DNA of 64,000 bases from Malacoraja senta (taxonomy: Eukaryota), in contig CM075989.1 in the NCBI GenBank assembly GCA_038087875.1, forward strand, positions 14,572,001 through 14,636,000, written 5' to 3'. The notes below the pieces were generated by a model. It was not told where the DNA came from and searched no databases. It worked only from the letters and a program-made list of their open reading frames with translations. Of the stretch, positions 62,888 to 64,000 are shown one piece after another; the stretch's first letter is position 1; every line of letters starts with the position of its first letter. The position numbers and the translations under genes are program-made.

Positions 62888-64000
62888 ACTGTCACTATCA
62901 ACTATTACCGCAAGTTTGTGCCGCAGTACGCGCAGATCGCAGAACCGCTACGGAAGCTGCTACAGAAAGACACACAGTGGGAATGGACAAGCGGGCAGGA
63001 CATTGCGTTCAACACGCTGAAAGACAAAATAGCATCTCCGCCTGTTCTCGTGCACTTCGATACAAGTGCTGAAACGTACACCACACCAGACCCTTCCAGT
63101 ATCGCGATCGGAGCGGTGTTATCTCAGGGCATCGATGGAAGTGAACGACTGATCGCATTCGCGTCCCGTCCCTTGACTACAATTGAACGTAAGTACTCCA
63201 CCGGGGAACGCGAAGCATTAGCGTGCATCTACGCGTGTGAACACTGACACCTATACCTATATGGGAGACCATTCACTCTCCGTGCGGATCACCAAGCGCT
63301 AACTACGTTACTGGATACGTCAGGCTCAGGACATCGTCCGCTCCGGATCTACAGATGGTCCGATCGCCTAATCAGTACAACTTCGAAATCGAATACCTCG
63401 CAGGTTCACACAATCGCATCGCAGACATGAACTTGCGCCCAAATCCAGACACAAAAGCGAGGGCGGAAACGATATCACACAGACAAGTGAAAGGGAAAAC
63501 GTACGTTGATGCCAAACGCAGAGTACAAGCGAGCGCCGCGGTTCAAGGTCGGCGACTGGGTACAAATCAGCCCCCCCAACAGACAACGTAAGCTCGCAAG
63601 CGCACTCTCAAAGCCGATACAGATCAAAGGGAGACTCGGTGAGAACGCGTACCTCCTCCACGATAACACCAGAGGGAACGCGAGACGTCTTATCGCAAGC
63701 AGACAGAGACAGGAAGAAGACGAACCGGATGCTTTTCCTTTCCTGATATCCAGTCATGACAGCGATCGCGGTCGCATGCAGCAGAGCAGCCAAATCCCGC
63801 TCCACGCTCCCAGCGACAGAAGAGACCTCAGTATCTGCAAGATTTTCAGCTGTGAAGCCAGAAACCGTTATATTCACTGAGCAGTTATTTTTTTGTACAT
63901 CCGTTTATTAATGGAGGACATGAAATTTGAAAGGACGTTGGACTGATTTTATATGGACTTATATTTGATTTGATAACTGGACTTAAATGATCGCCTTCAT
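62888..64000 (+). mobile_element. Gypsy-B duplicate: RNase H joined to integrase C-terminus, plus 3' UTR
   Basis: Reverse complement of ~31370-30830 and ~29470-28915, with a ~1.35-kb internal deletion at ~63430. Confidence 0.9.

Overview
Repeat-rich vertebrate genomic DNA, most likely a cartilaginous fish (skate/ray-type CR1/HER1 LINEs, HE1-type SINEs, Penelope relics). There are two 200-N gaps. Positions 1-22.6 kb look like intronic DNA with many retroelement fragments and a few candidate + strand exons of an unidentified gene. From about 22.6 kb to the end is an amplified, rearranged block. It holds two copies of a Ty3/Gypsy element (Gypsy-A: 23787-28577 on +, 48211-52772 on -) and three pieces of a second dead Gypsy (Gypsy-B). 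It also holds a 1.38-kb composite tandem repeat with hammerhead-like and YY1-like motifs, and two copies of an internally deleted, unprocessed calsyntenin-3 (CLSTN3) pseudogene in opposite orientations. Swapped target-site duplications and LTR diagnostic bases indicate the roughly 20-kb segment between the two Gypsy-A copies is inverted. Flipping it back turns the apparent palindrome into a head-to-tail macro-repeat. All alignments were done by eye; no database search was run.
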